Notes under the pieces: generated by a model
What the model saw: the letters and a program-made list of their open reading frames with translations, nothing else
Told to the model about the DNA's origin: nothing
Databases searched by the model: none
Position numbers and translations under genes: made by a program
Assembly (NCBI GenBank): GCA_051362555.1
Contig: CM120641.1
Location: forward strand, 29,456,401 to 29,520,400
Length of the DNA stretch: 64,000 bases
From: Lingula anatina
Taxonomy: Eukaryota; Animalia; Brachiopoda
Reading direction: 5' to 3'
Part shown: piece by piece, positions 13,171 to 41,000 of the stretch
Numbering within the stretch: the first letter of the stretch is position 1
How the letters are laid out: each line of letters opens with the position of its first letter

Positions 13171-16100
13171 TCAAAATTTCTTCGCTTTCCTTTTTTTAAC
13201 ATTTAAATAAAGCAGTTCAAATTCTCCAGGCTTGTGGACAACAGCTGGTGTCTTTTTCCTAGAAGTTTAAAAAAGGGAATTCCACAGATGATCACATTAT
13301 CAAATATGAGTAGGACTTCTTAAGTTTATTTCATGCAGTGAAATAAATTATGCAGGTTATGTTATTTTATAAAGTGAACAAGGACAGGTTACATGTGTGC
13401 AGTGTAACAAAAAACAACTTAGCATATTCATTTCAAGGCAACATTACACCTACATGTAAAACTTACAATTTTGCAAGTTCTAGTGCAATTTTCTGATCTT
13501 CATTACTTTTGAATTCTGTCCTAAATTTAAAGTTATAATTCATGTATTGTCAGTATCTAGATTTTGCAACACAACTTCTGCATAGTTATTCGTTAAAATG
13601 ACACAAAAAATGGTTACACATCTGATGAAAAAAATAAGGTATTTTCCCCTTTCTACAGTGCCCATGTCAAATTGCATGCCACGTATAGACCAGACAGAAA
13701 TTCAATTCTATATTCATATTTTTAAACCAATGTTATAACATATGTATCTTCTAATAAAAAACAAAACGTAACTTTCATTAAGATAAAGTATATTAATCTA
13801 TATCTCATGAAGCCTTTGAGATAAGCAGCAAAACACAAGCTTATATTCCAGTTTTTCTCTCTGTAATGCATATCTTTTTACTTACTGTAAGTGATGCCTT
13901 CCGTTATTAAAATTAGCAGGTCTGGCATAAATCTTTGCTCTCTTCTCATCTAGCTGACGTTGATCATATCTACAAAGAAAAAACTTGTCTTACCAGTTGG
14001 TTCAAAAAGCAAGAATAAAGTAGTTATGCTCAACAAAATATCTATTGTGACAATTAATACCATATATCAAAGTATAATGATGTAGTTTATAAGGCACCAA
14101 GCACAAAATTTTCAGATGAAAAATTCACCTCTAAAAAATTCCCCTGCAGTAAACAGTAATTTTCTGCAACTAATCAACCTTTGATTCTTTCTTTCCTTTC
14201 TTGCCCCAAACCTGTAACAATCTGGGAAAACTAGAAGGTCTGAGAGGCAATACTGCCTCCTGGTATTGAACCACCAGCAGGAGTAGTGCATTTAAGTTGA
14301 ATGGAAGGTGCGGATGCATGTCTGTTAGCTGTGGAGAAGATAGGGTTGGGTGAATGTGGTGGTAGCATTTTATGGGGAGAAGTAGGTTCAAGGGTTGATT
14401 CAAGTGTAGACTGAAATGTTAAATGTGTTTTTGGAATAAATGGTTTTCTCTGCAAGAGTTGTAATTGTATGTAAGCTGGAAATAAGTCCTCAAAGTTTTA
14501 AGTTTTAAGTAGTTAGTTTTTAGTTATATATATATATATATATCTAAACAGCGCCAAGTAGTAGTGGTGCAGTTTAAAGAAATGAATTAATGTTTTTATT
14601 ATATAAGAGATTTTTGAATTTAAACACCTAATGGCTGCTTCTCCTGTGAATATGCACCAACTGACCCCACACTCACAAAGATGAAAGAAAACCCTAAGAG
14701 TAACTCTTCATTATAATATGAAAGCTTAGGTCCATGTAGTTTGTGAAAATGGGTACAAATATTTTTTCATAGAAAATACCCATTTTTACAATATTTTGGT
14801 CCATCTGTTCTTGAAATGTAGGTCAAAGGTCAATCCAAGGGCATGTTTAAAATCTCCACATCACTTTTGGCCAGACTTCTATGGTAACTTTTCCCATAAT
14901 TCTTTCAGTTTGGGAGATATTTAGCATTTAAGTTTCCAAAATTTGGACAAGGATGCATTGCAACAAATGCCACTCCTTGGCCAATGCACACAAAGACCCC
15001 AAAATCTAGGCGGATCAAGTTGAGATTATATGTGACCTAAATCTAAAAGATGGTGACACGGGCCCTTGTAGTTTAGGAAGAGAAGCAATAACAGCAACCT
15101 GGTGGCGAGACAGGTCATAACTAAAACCATGTGTACCACCAGTGCTACAGCTGGTTGTTGTAAAGTAAATGACTTACACTTGTACTAATTGCAGATAATA
15201 ATTAAAATGAGTAAAAGGATGGGGAGTTATTGAGTGCTAGGCTGTATTCCCAGAGCTTTTGGATCGATCTATCCCAGCGGGGAGTCTCACTAGATTACTG
15301 TCAGATAATCCGGCTTAAATGTCCGTCCCGCCTACTACAAGCTGTAAGGGGGTAATTAACTTTCGTGTCCGCCCGGCTGACAGCTATTTAGCGTGAACCC
15401 CCAGGGAGTTAGGTCGATCTAAAGTAGATCGATCTAATCTCTGGAAATGGGATCTTAGTTAAATCTCTTTAAGAGTCATCAAGTGTAAAAATTGTTCTGG
15501 TAGTAAGAAAAGATGGATCATGTCAAAGTCACATATAGTTCAATTTGATTGCAATAGATTTGCAAGTTTCTGACAAGTGTAACACCCCATTCTCATAGAT
15601 TAGATCGACCTACATTGGATCGACCTAACTCCCTGGGGGTTCACGCTAAATAGCTGTCAGCCGGGCGGACACGAAAGTTAATTACCCCTTAAAGCTTGTA
15701 GTAGGCGGGGACGGACACTTAAGGGGGATTATCTGACAGTAATCTAGTGAGACTCCCCGCGGTGATAGATCGATCTAAAAGTTGTGAGAACAGAGCCTAA
15801 AACACATGGAAACTTACGATGAATAAGGTTCAAGATTGAAAAGTTGAAATGTTATTTTTAATATTTTAAATTGAAAACAAGTCCCTTAGAAATGACCAAT
15901 AAGGAAATGTTGAATGGTGGTTTGCAACATGAAAATGGAAAATTCTTTGCAATCACGCAAAGACAATAAAAAGAATGAAAGTAAATGCATGATCAGTACG
16001 GAGAAATAGAGTATATATACTTGTGAAATTGTATTAAAAAGGCAGTCAGTGAATAAATGTTTGAAAGCTCCAGATCATCGCCATTATTTTCACTATAATA

Positions 16101-19100
16101 TGGTGGTACAATTAAACCACCCTTCAGCCATACTTTGAGCGCTAATTCCCAGGTTGTATGCAATTCGTAAATGTGTCAAGAATAGATGGTTGATAGATGG
16201 TAAAGTTAGTCAGTAGGTGACAAATTAGTTTTTTTAACAAAATTTATGCAAGGTATTTATCTGTTCAAAATGACCAGAAAGTATTACTTGATATTAGTTA
16301 AGTTCAAAAAGAAGTGATTAATTTACTTTTAAGAAAAATGTTTTTTTATTTAATGTAACGGGCCATTCAGAAAGAGTTACTACATAGGGACTCTCGCTGA
16401 ATGCAGTCAGATTTACACATTAACATGCTTCCTCCTGGGGTTGAGTAGAATAACAGATAAGCTGGAGAGTGCATTAGAAAAAAGAGGAGGTGTGTTTCTA
16501 TGTTGATCTAAATGCATTTAGCAAGCGTCCCAATAGAGTAAATGTGGATTTACACTTTGTCCTTTTCAAGAAAGTCGAAAATCCTACACTTTGTCACTTT
16601 AACATTCACAGACTAGATTTTAGTTCATTAAGGGGATTTGCAGCCTACCCTTCAAAGCTCATACTTACCTGCGAACTTCTTTGGTGATAAATAGAGTCAG
16701 CAAAACGATTAGTACAACCTTAGCAACTGGCCCATATGCCTCATAGGCGGTAAGGGGGGGAAAATCATCGGCATCACTATAAAAACAGAAGAAAAAAAAC
16801 AGATGAAAAGTAAGATGATGCTTTATCAGATCTTGGACATAATAAAGAAGGGACTGGTGTCGCAGAGCCAGATCAAAGGATAATCGGCTTAGTGTGAGCT
16901 CTTTGTGAGACCATCTGCGGTCAGATCATGTGACCTCCCAAACAGGTAAAGTGCATATCGTGGGGCAATCCTTCAGGTAGATGAGACAATAAACTTATAG
17001 AGATTAAGTATAAGTGCAGTTTGTTGTTTCAATTTGAAAGCTAGGTGAGAATTTGATATGTTTGTTCACGGAGGAATTCAAAATGCCCAATATTTTGAAG
17101 GCAATCTTGTTTGTTGCCGAAAAAGTAGCATTCAAATTGTACAACTGTAGTGTAGAATACTTGTTCTTAGCTAGGATTCGATAGAAAAATATTCCTAGTG
17201 TCAAAATTTTCCCTGTATGTAAGAAATTAGTCTGAGATGTGGCAATAATGAAACTTTCAATCGTGTCTTGAATTAAAATGATGCAATTCCTCTCCAATTT
17301 TTGAGGCTCGCTGACATTTCTTTAGGGCGTGGATTTTTTACCTGTTACATAAAGATGACACTAACACTGCTGTATACTATATGTATACAATGGGTGAATG
17401 TTTACCAGAATGCAGATGACTTCAAAGGAAGATATCGCATTTCAGTCCCTTCGTAATTTTGTCTATGATCAGATGAAAGCCATGCTCACAAATTGTGATT
17501 TAAGTTTTTAACCGACATACTTGACACTTATTGTAACCCTTTATTATCACCCAGAGAGATTTGCTCGCACAGCCAGCCTGCCCGTTCCGATTTTCCACTA
17601 TTACTATGGTGCTTTTTGTAAGCGGAGTGACACACAGGATCTCGGGGCGAGTCTAAATTTTTAAAATATTAAAATATTTCCTGCATCTTATTTTTCAATA
17701 ATGTACTAAGACTTTAAAGAAAAATCGATGGCAGGGTTTTGAAGTACTAAATTGGCATTGAACTGGTGATCAAGTGTGCTCAGTTAAGGAAAAACTGATT
17801 TTTTAGTTTTTACCCCAAAATTACAATTATGACATCACCCGTAAGATGACATAATTATGTGGAAATGTTAAATAATTTAGTTACTGAACACTGAAGACTT
17901 ATCTATTACCCAAAAGAATGCATGTTAGGCAGTAAATGAGGAGTTTTGGGCGAAGGGTGACAATATTTTTAAAACAGAAGGCTGTGCTGATCTGACTTTA
18001 TTCTTTCCTGTATGCACCAGTGATGATTGCGCCTGCACACACAAAGCCACACAAAGCCATGTGGATGCAAACAGAAAATTACTAGTTCCAATTCTTTCTG
18101 CCATATCAATACATAGATACCCTCCCTAAGTTAAAACAATACCAGAAGAGATTAAATAACACAATATACACTTACCCACCAACCTTATCCTTCGTCCAAT
18201 TAGGCCAATTGTGATACATACTACTTCTATCAGATGCTGTGGTAGGTGGAGTTCTAGCATATTTCATCCTTGGCCCCCTGACTTTAATGTTTTCAGAGTG
18301 AGGTATAGCTGTTCCCAAAGATACATCATATTTGTGACGTGTACTTGGATCCTTCAGTGTTTCATATGCCTCATTAATGTCCAAAAACTTCCCGCTGGTA
18401 AATTTATTCTTGTCTGGATGATACTAAAAAATAAACATGAAATAATAAGAAATTTGGGTAACAAATCTGGTGATTTTAACTTGCTTGTAAACTTTATATC
18501 AGTTTGGCTCATTCTGACAGCCTTTGGCTTTGCTCACATGAAAAATCTATTTTCTAAAAATCTATTTTCTATTCGCTGTATCTTGTGATCAAGGTCAGTG
18601 CCCTGAATACCCCGCGGCGTAATTACTGGCAGCGCGAGCCAGTTACTTCCAAAGCTGTAATTAATTCTTGGCTGCACTCGGAGTGATCACAAGATACTGC
18701 GAATAGAAAATAGATCTTTAGAAAATAGATTTTTCATGTGAACGGAGTCTTTCACCAATACCTAATTAATCACTAATTTCAACTGATCATAGAAAAAATT
18801 ATAATCAATTTGAAATAAAGTTTAATCACTTTAAAGTTGGTCTACATAATGTCTAAAAGAATTTTGCTGTTTGTCCTTGCAAAATACTATGAAAGTATGC
18901 ACCTCAATTGAATTGTAAAAAATATTGCATTTACATTAATATAATTTGTTTTATAATCCTAAAAACATCAGTTTAGCAACTTGCCTACAAACAAAAAAAC
19001 TTTTCATTTTAAGTGAGGAATTCTAATATAATAATCATTTGGATACATTACTATTTTGCAAAGTTTTATATATGCTGCTTTTATTTCCTTGAGTGGGGCA

Positions 19101-19527
19101 GTTTTCCTAACACCTAAAGTCTGGTAGTGATTTAATGCTCTTTGGCTGCTGTGGAAATATTTAACAGCATGGTAAGTATATGAGGACCTGGAAAAATATT
19201 AAAAATATTCAGAATAAAGAGTTGCATAATAACAAGTTCAGTTAAAATTGGATGGGATAATCCACGTTTTCACTTGCTTCAGTGCCTATTTTCAAGACAA
19301 ATGTGCTATCTCAACACACATTCAGCATATGGCACTCAACAAATCGAGTTCAAAGCATCTAACTTTTCTCTATATATCTGCATGTTTACACTTTTTTCAT
19401 GGCATAGGACTGCTTCAATCCCGTTAAATACTTACCATTTTAATGGGATGCCTCTTACACTAAGTCTACGTTGCAACTTGCATCCATGACAAGGAAGAAA
19501 TTTCAGGACCAATGAATCGTGGACCAT
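13171..19527 (-). CDS. DnaJ subfamily C J-protein with N-terminal basic leader and one transmembrane helix (DNAJC4/DNAJC30-like, probably mitochondrial)
   Basis: Exons (minus strand): 19436-19527 (MVHDSLVLKFLPCHGCKLQRRLSVRGIPLKW), 19052-19187 (NHYQTLGVRKTAPLKEIKAAYIKLCKI), 18176-18423 (YHPDKNK...FLDINEAYETLKDPSTRHKYD, HPD motif), 16669-16776 (PVAKVVLIVLLTLFIT hydrophobic helix), 13886-13969, 13171-13258 (stop TGA). Phases are consistent. A probable non-coding first exon has its donor near 19680. The exact orthologue cannot be resolved by eye. Confidence 0.82.
14547..15160. mobile_element. possible degenerate non-autonomous Helentron-like (HINE) element
   Basis: Begins AAACAG after a TA run and contains GGTCAAAGGTCAA / TGACCT motifs typical of lophotrochozoan HINE/satellite units. 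Boundaries are uncertain. Confidence 0.3.
15238..15457 (+). mobile_element. ~220-bp MITE, copy 1
   Basis: Imperfect TIRs (TAGGCTGTATTCCCAGAG ... CTCTGGAAATGGGATCTTA) and subterminal GATCGATCTA motifs. Near-identical to the reverse complement of 15580-15799. Confidence 0.85.
15580..15799 (-). mobile_element. ~220-bp MITE, copy 2 (inverted relative to copy 1)
   Basis: Reverse complement of 15238-15457, including a long exact block (CCTAACTCCCTGGGGGTTCACGCTAAATAGCTGTCAGCCGGGCGGACACGAAAGTTAATTACCCC). Confidence 0.85.
17545..17655. mobile_element. short degenerate MITE-like fragment
   Basis: GC-richer ~110-bp island with partial inverted termini (CACCCAGAGA ... TCTCGGGGCGAGTCTA). Confidence 0.3.
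18526..18749. mobile_element. palindromic MITE with ~58-66-bp TIRs
   Basis: TCACATGAAAAATCTATTTTCTAAAAATCTATTTTCTATTCGCTGTATCTTGTGATCA (18534-18591) is matched in reverse complement by TGATCACAAGATACTGCGAATAGAAAATAGATCTTTAGAAAATAGATTTTTCATGTGA (ending 18741), with about 2 mismatches. Confidence 0.85.
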
Positions 19528-21188
19528 TGCTGAAACAAATACATGTAGACGTTTCACTTGGGTTCTTTACAATGAATAGGAAGAAGGGAGAAATGGGTAA
19601 CCAACAATATTTTAAAAATCCCGCTGTCACAATCCTTACAAATGATGGTTAAATCGTGTCACTATAGGAACTCAACTCACCTATTTGTTCAGTTGTGGAG
19701 CCGTAGCGTTAAAGAACAGCGTATACATAACAAACCCACTTTGGTTTTATGTAACAAGTAATAGCATTCAAGACGCGCTTAAATATAAACACATTTACTC
19801 TTTGATCATAGCGGATTTATATGTCTAGTAATTGAAAAAAATAAAATAAGAGTATGCAAAGGCATACGGTGCACTGCAGGCACTCTTCAATAAAGTTTAA
19901 ATAATTAAGATTGAGCCTATCTTGCTATACATTAAAAAAACTGGTCTCCGATGTTAATAGGGTAATAGATACAAGAGAAGACGAGTCCACGTCGATGCAT
20001 GAAAAGAGCGCTCTTTGACATAAAATGTTGAAATTGACATGAAGGCCTGTCTGTGGTTACCGTCTGGTTGATTTGATTGAATTTGCTTTCTGGTGTCGTT
20101 CTGAGAAAGAATATTGGAACCGTTTTGTGGATTTTATGTAATAAAAAGTAAACCAGTTGGACTTTGCTAAAAATAACATTTATTTTGCCTTTATTGCAAG
20201 GTGATTCCCTTTGTATTTATAGTGTTATACATGTATGTGGCCCCAAGTGTTTCGACTGGAATCTTCAATTGTAATAAATGAAAAAACATACAATATAATG
20301 AGTTATTGTCATGCCTTTTTGATTGTGCTTGTTGATAGCATCAAGTTGCACTATCTAGTTTGGTAAAGTGCAGAGTGATTATTACTCCTGCAGTAAACTA
20401 AAGAACATTTAATACAATGAGAGCAAATACAAACTTTTGCTTGTACTGGGTAGTGTTGATTTGCTTACAGTAAAGAACTCACCTAGCATTGATCTCGTTC
20501 ATCTAGACCATTTGAGAATCTGAACATGGCTTTAAAACCAGTTTATGTGCCCTACATGTATCAACGTAACTCGGGAGTCCTGGCAACATTTGCACTCTCC
20601 ATCCTTCCTGTTCATTTACTCAGTACAATATGCTAGTATCTTAGTCACATGATACTCCACTTCCACCATTTGAAAGGTAAATTGTATATTCTAATTGCAA
20701 GATGTAAATACTTTTTTCCCTTCTATGGATCGATAGTAAGATTGGTGTTGAATATGAAACAGATCTCGTTCATGTGGAATGTGTTACACTGTGAAAGAGC
20801 TATTTTTTTATACAATTTCCTGATAGACCTGCTTTAAAACCAATTCATGTGCCTGTTTACATTTCCATAAAATATATGGAGTACAGAAGTGTTGAAACAT
20901 AAACTGAAATGAATAACATCATCTCATAATTTAAATTAAAACTGAGCAGAGTATGTGAATGAAAACAAAATATATGAGAAGGTATGCAGTTGTTGCATGT
21001 TTTTAGTTCCCATGCAGATACTAGGGAAAAAAATTAATCCTATGTGGTGTTTGTTTATCTCTAGTGTTTAGATAATTGTTCTTCTTTGTCCTCTGATATA
21101 CAGTTCATGTAAATTCAGTTTCATTTTTTATTGACTGTCATTCCCCTACAGAACTTTTTGTTTCGGAAACTACTTGAAAAAATTCCAT

Positions 21189-35344
<14,156 letters not shown>

Positions 35345-35871
35345 TTTCCAATGCCTTTCCGCTTCTGAGACCGGAAGTTCATTTGATTCTCGCGCGGTTG
35401 GTGCGGGCACCTTACACGAACATAGGTTTCTTGTGTCCGAATATCGAAATATCCTGTACTAAAATTTAATTCTTTAAAACCAAATGATAAAAATTCTCTA
35501 AAATTATGAGGACACAGATTTGTTTTTAACAATATCGTATCAATTAAAAATAGTAGCTGCGTTATAGTCGTGTACCGTTACTTCCGCTGATGTGAATGTG
35601 ATACTGAATGCTGCAATCGTTTCCCTGGAGATATTGATAATCTAGCGGCGTTTTACAGAAAAGTGCACGGTGTTATCGACTTGTAAATAACAGGAAATAT
35701 ACTAGGAATTTAGTTGTCGAGTGAGTGTAAAGATAATTAGCGCATTTTTTCTACCACGTTGGAAACCAAAGCAAACTGGATTTAAGTTTTTTAGGCACTT
35801 TTTCAAGCATTACTTGTGTTAACTGCACTTGGAAAGCAGTCCATCTATCACAATCGAAAAACATACAACTC

Positions 35872-35928
<57 letters not shown>

Positions 35929-36024
35929 GTAGGTTATGGACAGCACTTGCAACATCCACGCTTAAATTGCACACAACATTTGCTTCTTTAAAAATTACAT
36001 CACTTTATTTTCAGCACACCAACA
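35345..36024. promoter_or_regulatory. bidirectional promoter region MUS81/DPP3
   Basis: Divergent start codons are 680 bp apart, with local CpG enrichment. ETS-type motifs CCGGAAGT (35371) and ACTTCCG (35580). A probable non-coding DPP3 first exon has donor GTGAGT at 35721 and acceptor TTTTCAG at about 36014. Confidence 0.65.
35876..35930. repeat. (GT)n microsatellite
   Basis: About 27 GT units in the presumed DPP3 5' UTR intron. Confidence 0.95.
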
Positions 36025-38000
36025 ATGGCAGCTCCGAAAACCAACCTGTCCGAGTACATTTTACCTAATGATACGGGTGTCTGCTTGCTTGAGTGTAAGA
36101 CTGCATTTGAAGGTCTCACGCCCAAGGAGCGAATGTATGCCCACTACATTGCACAGGCAGCATTTAATGGAGGGCTGATAGTGCTGCTGCAGGTATTTAT
36201 TAAAACCACAACATTTTAGAAAACTGAATTTAAGTTACAATTATGATTATTTTGAATTCATGTAGGAGTATAAAATTATACAGTTTTACAATTTGTTTAA
36301 CATCTGAGTTTTTTCTTTTTACATGAATATTTACTTATCAGTGAAACAAAATCAAGTTAGATGTTTAATCTGAAAAAACGTTGTATAAAACGTTTTTTTC
36401 TTTTTTTTTTTTTTTTTTTTTGCTAAAATCATGTTCTCTGTGCTCTTTCAGACATCTCCTGAAAGCCCGGGAATATATTTACTTTTCCAAAAACTTTTCC
36501 GTGCTCAGTCTCTTTCTGACTTGAAAGAACTGGCCTTAAAGACTGGCCTAACTGAGGCTGAATATGAGGTATATCTCATCAGAACACTTACTACAAGTAT
36601 CAACAAGTAATGTCTTTTCATCTTGTATTTTGAATTTGCATCAAAGTTCCCACAGTAAAATTCATTAATGCTGTTTTTGTTTTCTCTTTTGTGTTTTGAA
36701 TAGATTTTAAATTTTTGAATAGATGTTCAGATTTATCAATTGCATATCAGCATCTCCGTGTTTTTAGGGGTTTGTTTTAGAACTGTTGGACAAGATGGTT
36801 ATATATGTTTAGGATTTTTGTACTTATCAAGTTAAAAAATTTCAGGGTCTTCTCATTTATGCTGCTGGCGTCTATTCCAATATGGGAAACTATAAATCTT
36901 TTGGTGACTCTAAATTTATTCCCACCGTACCTAAAGTAAGTAAAAGTAAGCTAGATATTATTAGGCAGCTTTCATTTGCTATTCAGTGATACATATACCT
37001 TCAAGTTGGTAAAGCTAATATTATACATATGGAGTCATTGCCTCCTGTGAACCAGAATATTTCAAAGTTAAGCAAGAAACCTTTTCTTTGATCTTATATC
37101 TGCTGTGAACACCCAATCTTGTAACAGATATTCTAAGTTATGTGAAGAAATAATAAATAATGTGAGGGGAAATTTTCTGCAGCAGTGTATAAACTTTTCT
37201 GGGCCGGGGTGGCCTTAAGGGTATTTGGGAGACCTATTTTACAATAATATATTTATTTGTAATAAAATCCCCATTTTCTCTTATTTTTAAAGCTTTTATT
37301 TCTTGTTTTCAGAAAGCCTGTTTTATCTTAATGCCCTGGATGAGCCTGTGATATATGTATATATTTTTTTTCATTATTGAAATAATACATCGGGATTGTT
37401 CTCTCAATTTTTAAGGAAAAGTTCAAATCTCTGGTGTTTGCCAGTGCAGCCTATGAGCAAGATGCCAAGGCTATTGAACAGTTGTGGAACCGTGTAGGTG
37501 ATGCCATGTATTCACTCACAGAAAGGAACAAGCAACTGGGACTAGGACAACAGGTAGCACATACTCATTTTTGGGGTTTTTATTTTAGTTACAGAGGTAT
37601 TTCTGTGTGTCAGTTTGCTCTGTATCTCATTAAATAAATACGGTATTGTTTTGGAGTGTTTTGGATTTCATATCACACAAAATATTGGAAATATATTGGA
37701 AACATTGTATTTGGTTGCGACTGTCCTTAAAATGGCTACACATGTAAAACTATATAATAAAACCAGTGTGTAGAAGATTGCTGAACCATGAACCTTAAAA
37801 TGCTTTGTAGTTTTGATAGTGTCTCAATTAATTAATTGTAGCATAAACATAATATAACAAGAATATTTTTTAGGGCATAAGCACCTACTTCTCTGGAAAC
37901 TGTGATTTGAAGGATGCTGAAGTAGCACAGAAGTTTTTAGACAGCAAGGTAAGATCTTTGTCTGTTTTTAAATGTTTTTAGGTAGTATTTTAATATCTCA

Positions 38001-38053
<53 letters not shown>

Positions 38054-41000
38054 GATATGTTAATTTAGAAATAAGATATGTTTCTTCTCAGTTGCAATAC
38101 AGTTGACGATGAGGCAAGATATAGACATGCATTTAATAAATTGATTGGTGGCTGAGCATTTGAGTATATTTACAGAATTGTTATGGGAAACAATAAACAA
38201 TGCAGTGTTGGAATGTTTTTAAATAAAAGAATACTGGTTCACTGTATGTTATTTTTGTTATAGGAACTTAGTGCATACAATACCCGCCTGTTCAAAACCT
38301 CTGACAAAGAGTACGAGATCAGACTGGCTTCTTCACTGAAAGATGGTTTGTATAGGAAATTATCCACATTAGAAAGTGATATTTCAACATTTTCACAGTC
38401 TATTTATTGACACATTCTCTAAAACTTGCCTTCTGGTGGTCTTAGGTTAAGTCAGATTAATCACATTGAATCTTATAGATAGCAAATGTTGTCATTTTTA
38501 TTATGGAATATTTCTATTTATATCTTTAGGGGAAAAAACTCCAGCTTGTGAAGACGTTGAAAAAGTATTAGGTAAACATGAATTTACACCAGAAGGCAGC
38601 AGTACCCCTATTACTTTCACTGTCACAAGGGGAGACTATGCCGAGCTGATGAAATTGGTGGTACAGAACGTAGAAAAAGCAGCGGTATGGTATTTGTATT
38701 TATTAGCGCCTGTTACAATATTCATCTGGTCTAAATACACTATATGGGCTGAGATCATTTTTCACAGTAAACACATTCAATCATTTCTAACGCATAGTAG
38801 TAGAGAAGTAGAATGTTTACAAACAAATTAAGATGCATTTAAGATGCATTAAAGATTATATCCTATGATGTGAAACTCATTAGTTTTGACAGTTGAATGT
38901 TTGCCCCTATCCTTCAGGAGTATGCAGCCAACTCGGAGGAGAGAAACATGATGAAGTGTTATGCACACAGTTTTACCTGTGGCTCCATCTGTTCTCACAA
39001 AGATGGCTCCAGACACTGGATTAAGGACAAAGGACCAATTGTGGAAACGTCAGTGAATTATTATCTAGTTTCTTATTGAACTATTATCTTATCTTTGCAT
39101 CTTTGCTCATACATTAGGGGTCTGTGGGCCAATAACTTATAAGATTTGATGCAATCTATTGTAGAATACAGTAAAAACAAAGTTTAAAGCATGCTGCCAA
39201 ACAGCTGTGAGTAGTTTTCAATATCACAACTTTATCTGTTATTCTTAAGTCTTGGATGAAAAGTTCATTTTGAGCCCAATTTGAAGTCATTACGGTTTAT
39301 GTGAAGTTGTCAAAAGTGTTTTCCTGTATGGAACATGAATGTTGTCACAGTTATCACTAATTTACCTTGCAGTTACATTGGTTTTATTGAGTCATACCGA
39401 GATCCCTTTGGTGTAAGAGGGGAGTTTGAAGGTAGGATTTCATTCATTGCCGGTTGTCTCAAAACCATATTTTAAAGAGTAAAGAAGGAAAAGTTTATTG
39501 TTATTTTGAGATCATGTCAGCACGGAGTGTCTTCACCAAATGCAAAACATATTTTACTGTGTTCAAGGAAAGTAACATATTTATTTATTTATTTATTTAT
39601 TTGTTTTATTTATTAATTTATTTATTTATTTTGTGTGTATATGTGTGTGTGTTCAAGAAGTAATTATTTGGCTGAAAATTATCCAGAGTGACCCAACAAA
39701 TATATCAAAGCCACATTGTTGCAGGCTTTGCTGCTATGGTGAACAAGGAGATGAGTGCCAAGTTTGCCAGGTTGGTTGACAAGGCAGAAGATATTTTACC
39801 ACTGATGCCTTGGCCAGCTGAGTTTGAGAAGGATACCTTTCTACGTCCTGATTTCACTTCCTTGGATGTGTTGGCATTCGGAGGTAGTGGAATACCGGCT
39901 GGGATCAACATTCCAAACTGTAAGCACCTTTTAGAATAGAATAGAGCAAATTGGTGGTTTTCATTGTTGTTTATAGGTCCTAACAAGTGTGAGAATAACT
40001 TTGAATGAATATGACAGAGAGATATATGTATGTCTGGCACAATCTTTTTATTCAGAAACATGGTGTTAGAATGTTTTTTTTCCCATCAAGTGACTTGGAA
40101 TACTTTGCTCAAGTTACTTTAAAGAAGAAAGAAAATTCCAAGTTTGCTTTTTTTGCTTTTCATTGTTTGTTAATTGGTAACTGAAAAAGTAATTACAAAT
40201 AATTGATTAACAGTGAGAATTAATCTGTCTTGATCTGTGCTCTCCGAGTGATTTTCTTGTTACCATTATCTCACTTTTAGCTGCATTTGTTGTTATTTTG
40301 TTTGAAAAAGAAAACTTAAAAGCTTTTTTTCTTTTGTTTATAGACGATGACATAAGACAGTCTGAAGGATTCAAAAATGTTTCCCTAGGCAATGTGATAG
40401 TGTCAGGATACAAGGATCAAAAAGTCACATTCCTTGAAGAGCAGGATGTGGTATGTTTGGCACATCTGGAACCTAGACTCATTATCTAGTCAATTATAGA
40501 ATTCTGCCTTCTCTTTTTTTAAAAAATGAAAAAAAAAATGATTACCCTTTGCCTGTTTATTTTATATATGGGATAAAACAGCTGTTGTTTTTTTTTTTTT
40601 TTTTTTTTTTTGTATTTAACATGATGGTATAACTCAGATGTATTGACAGGATAAAAATGTTATTTTAACTAAATTTTTTGGACAGTGAGTCTGACTTTTT
40701 TTTTCTTTTTTTAATGGAAAAAATGTCACTTCCTTTCCCAAAAAAACTGTTCTCTGTTTAGTTCTTTTTTGATGTATATTTTAAATTGATATGTTGATTA
40801 TTTAGGAATTGTATGTCAAGTACAAGGTTCCATCATTTGAGGTTCAAGTTGGTCTCCATGAGTTGTTGGGACATGGCAGTGGGAAGTTGTTCATCAAGGT
40901 ATTTCTTATGTTTTTTCTTTTCCATTCATATATTATTGCTGGGATGGAACCATGAACATGATTATGGTTTTCAAACATGATAAGCATGCTTGTGTGAAGT

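Noticed and set aside
14170-14475. Pro/Ser-rich ORFs in the DnaJ intron as a cassette exon
   Set aside because: The candidate acceptors give either an early stop or a donor phase incompatible with the next exon. The flanking exons already join in frame.
19041-19051. U12-type donor in the DnaJ gene (GTATCC on the minus strand)
   Set aside because: It lacks the full GTATCCTT consensus, and the upstream GTAATG donor gives the correct frame.
19900-21100. Hidden gene between the DnaJ promoter and the MUS81 3' end
   Set aside because: No spliceable coding frame was found; there is only a short degenerate local duplication (GATCTCGTTCAT...GCTTTAAAACCA).
39705-40061. Antisense ORFs over DPP3 and other exons
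   Set aside because: These are shadows of sense-strand coding exons with no independent evidence.
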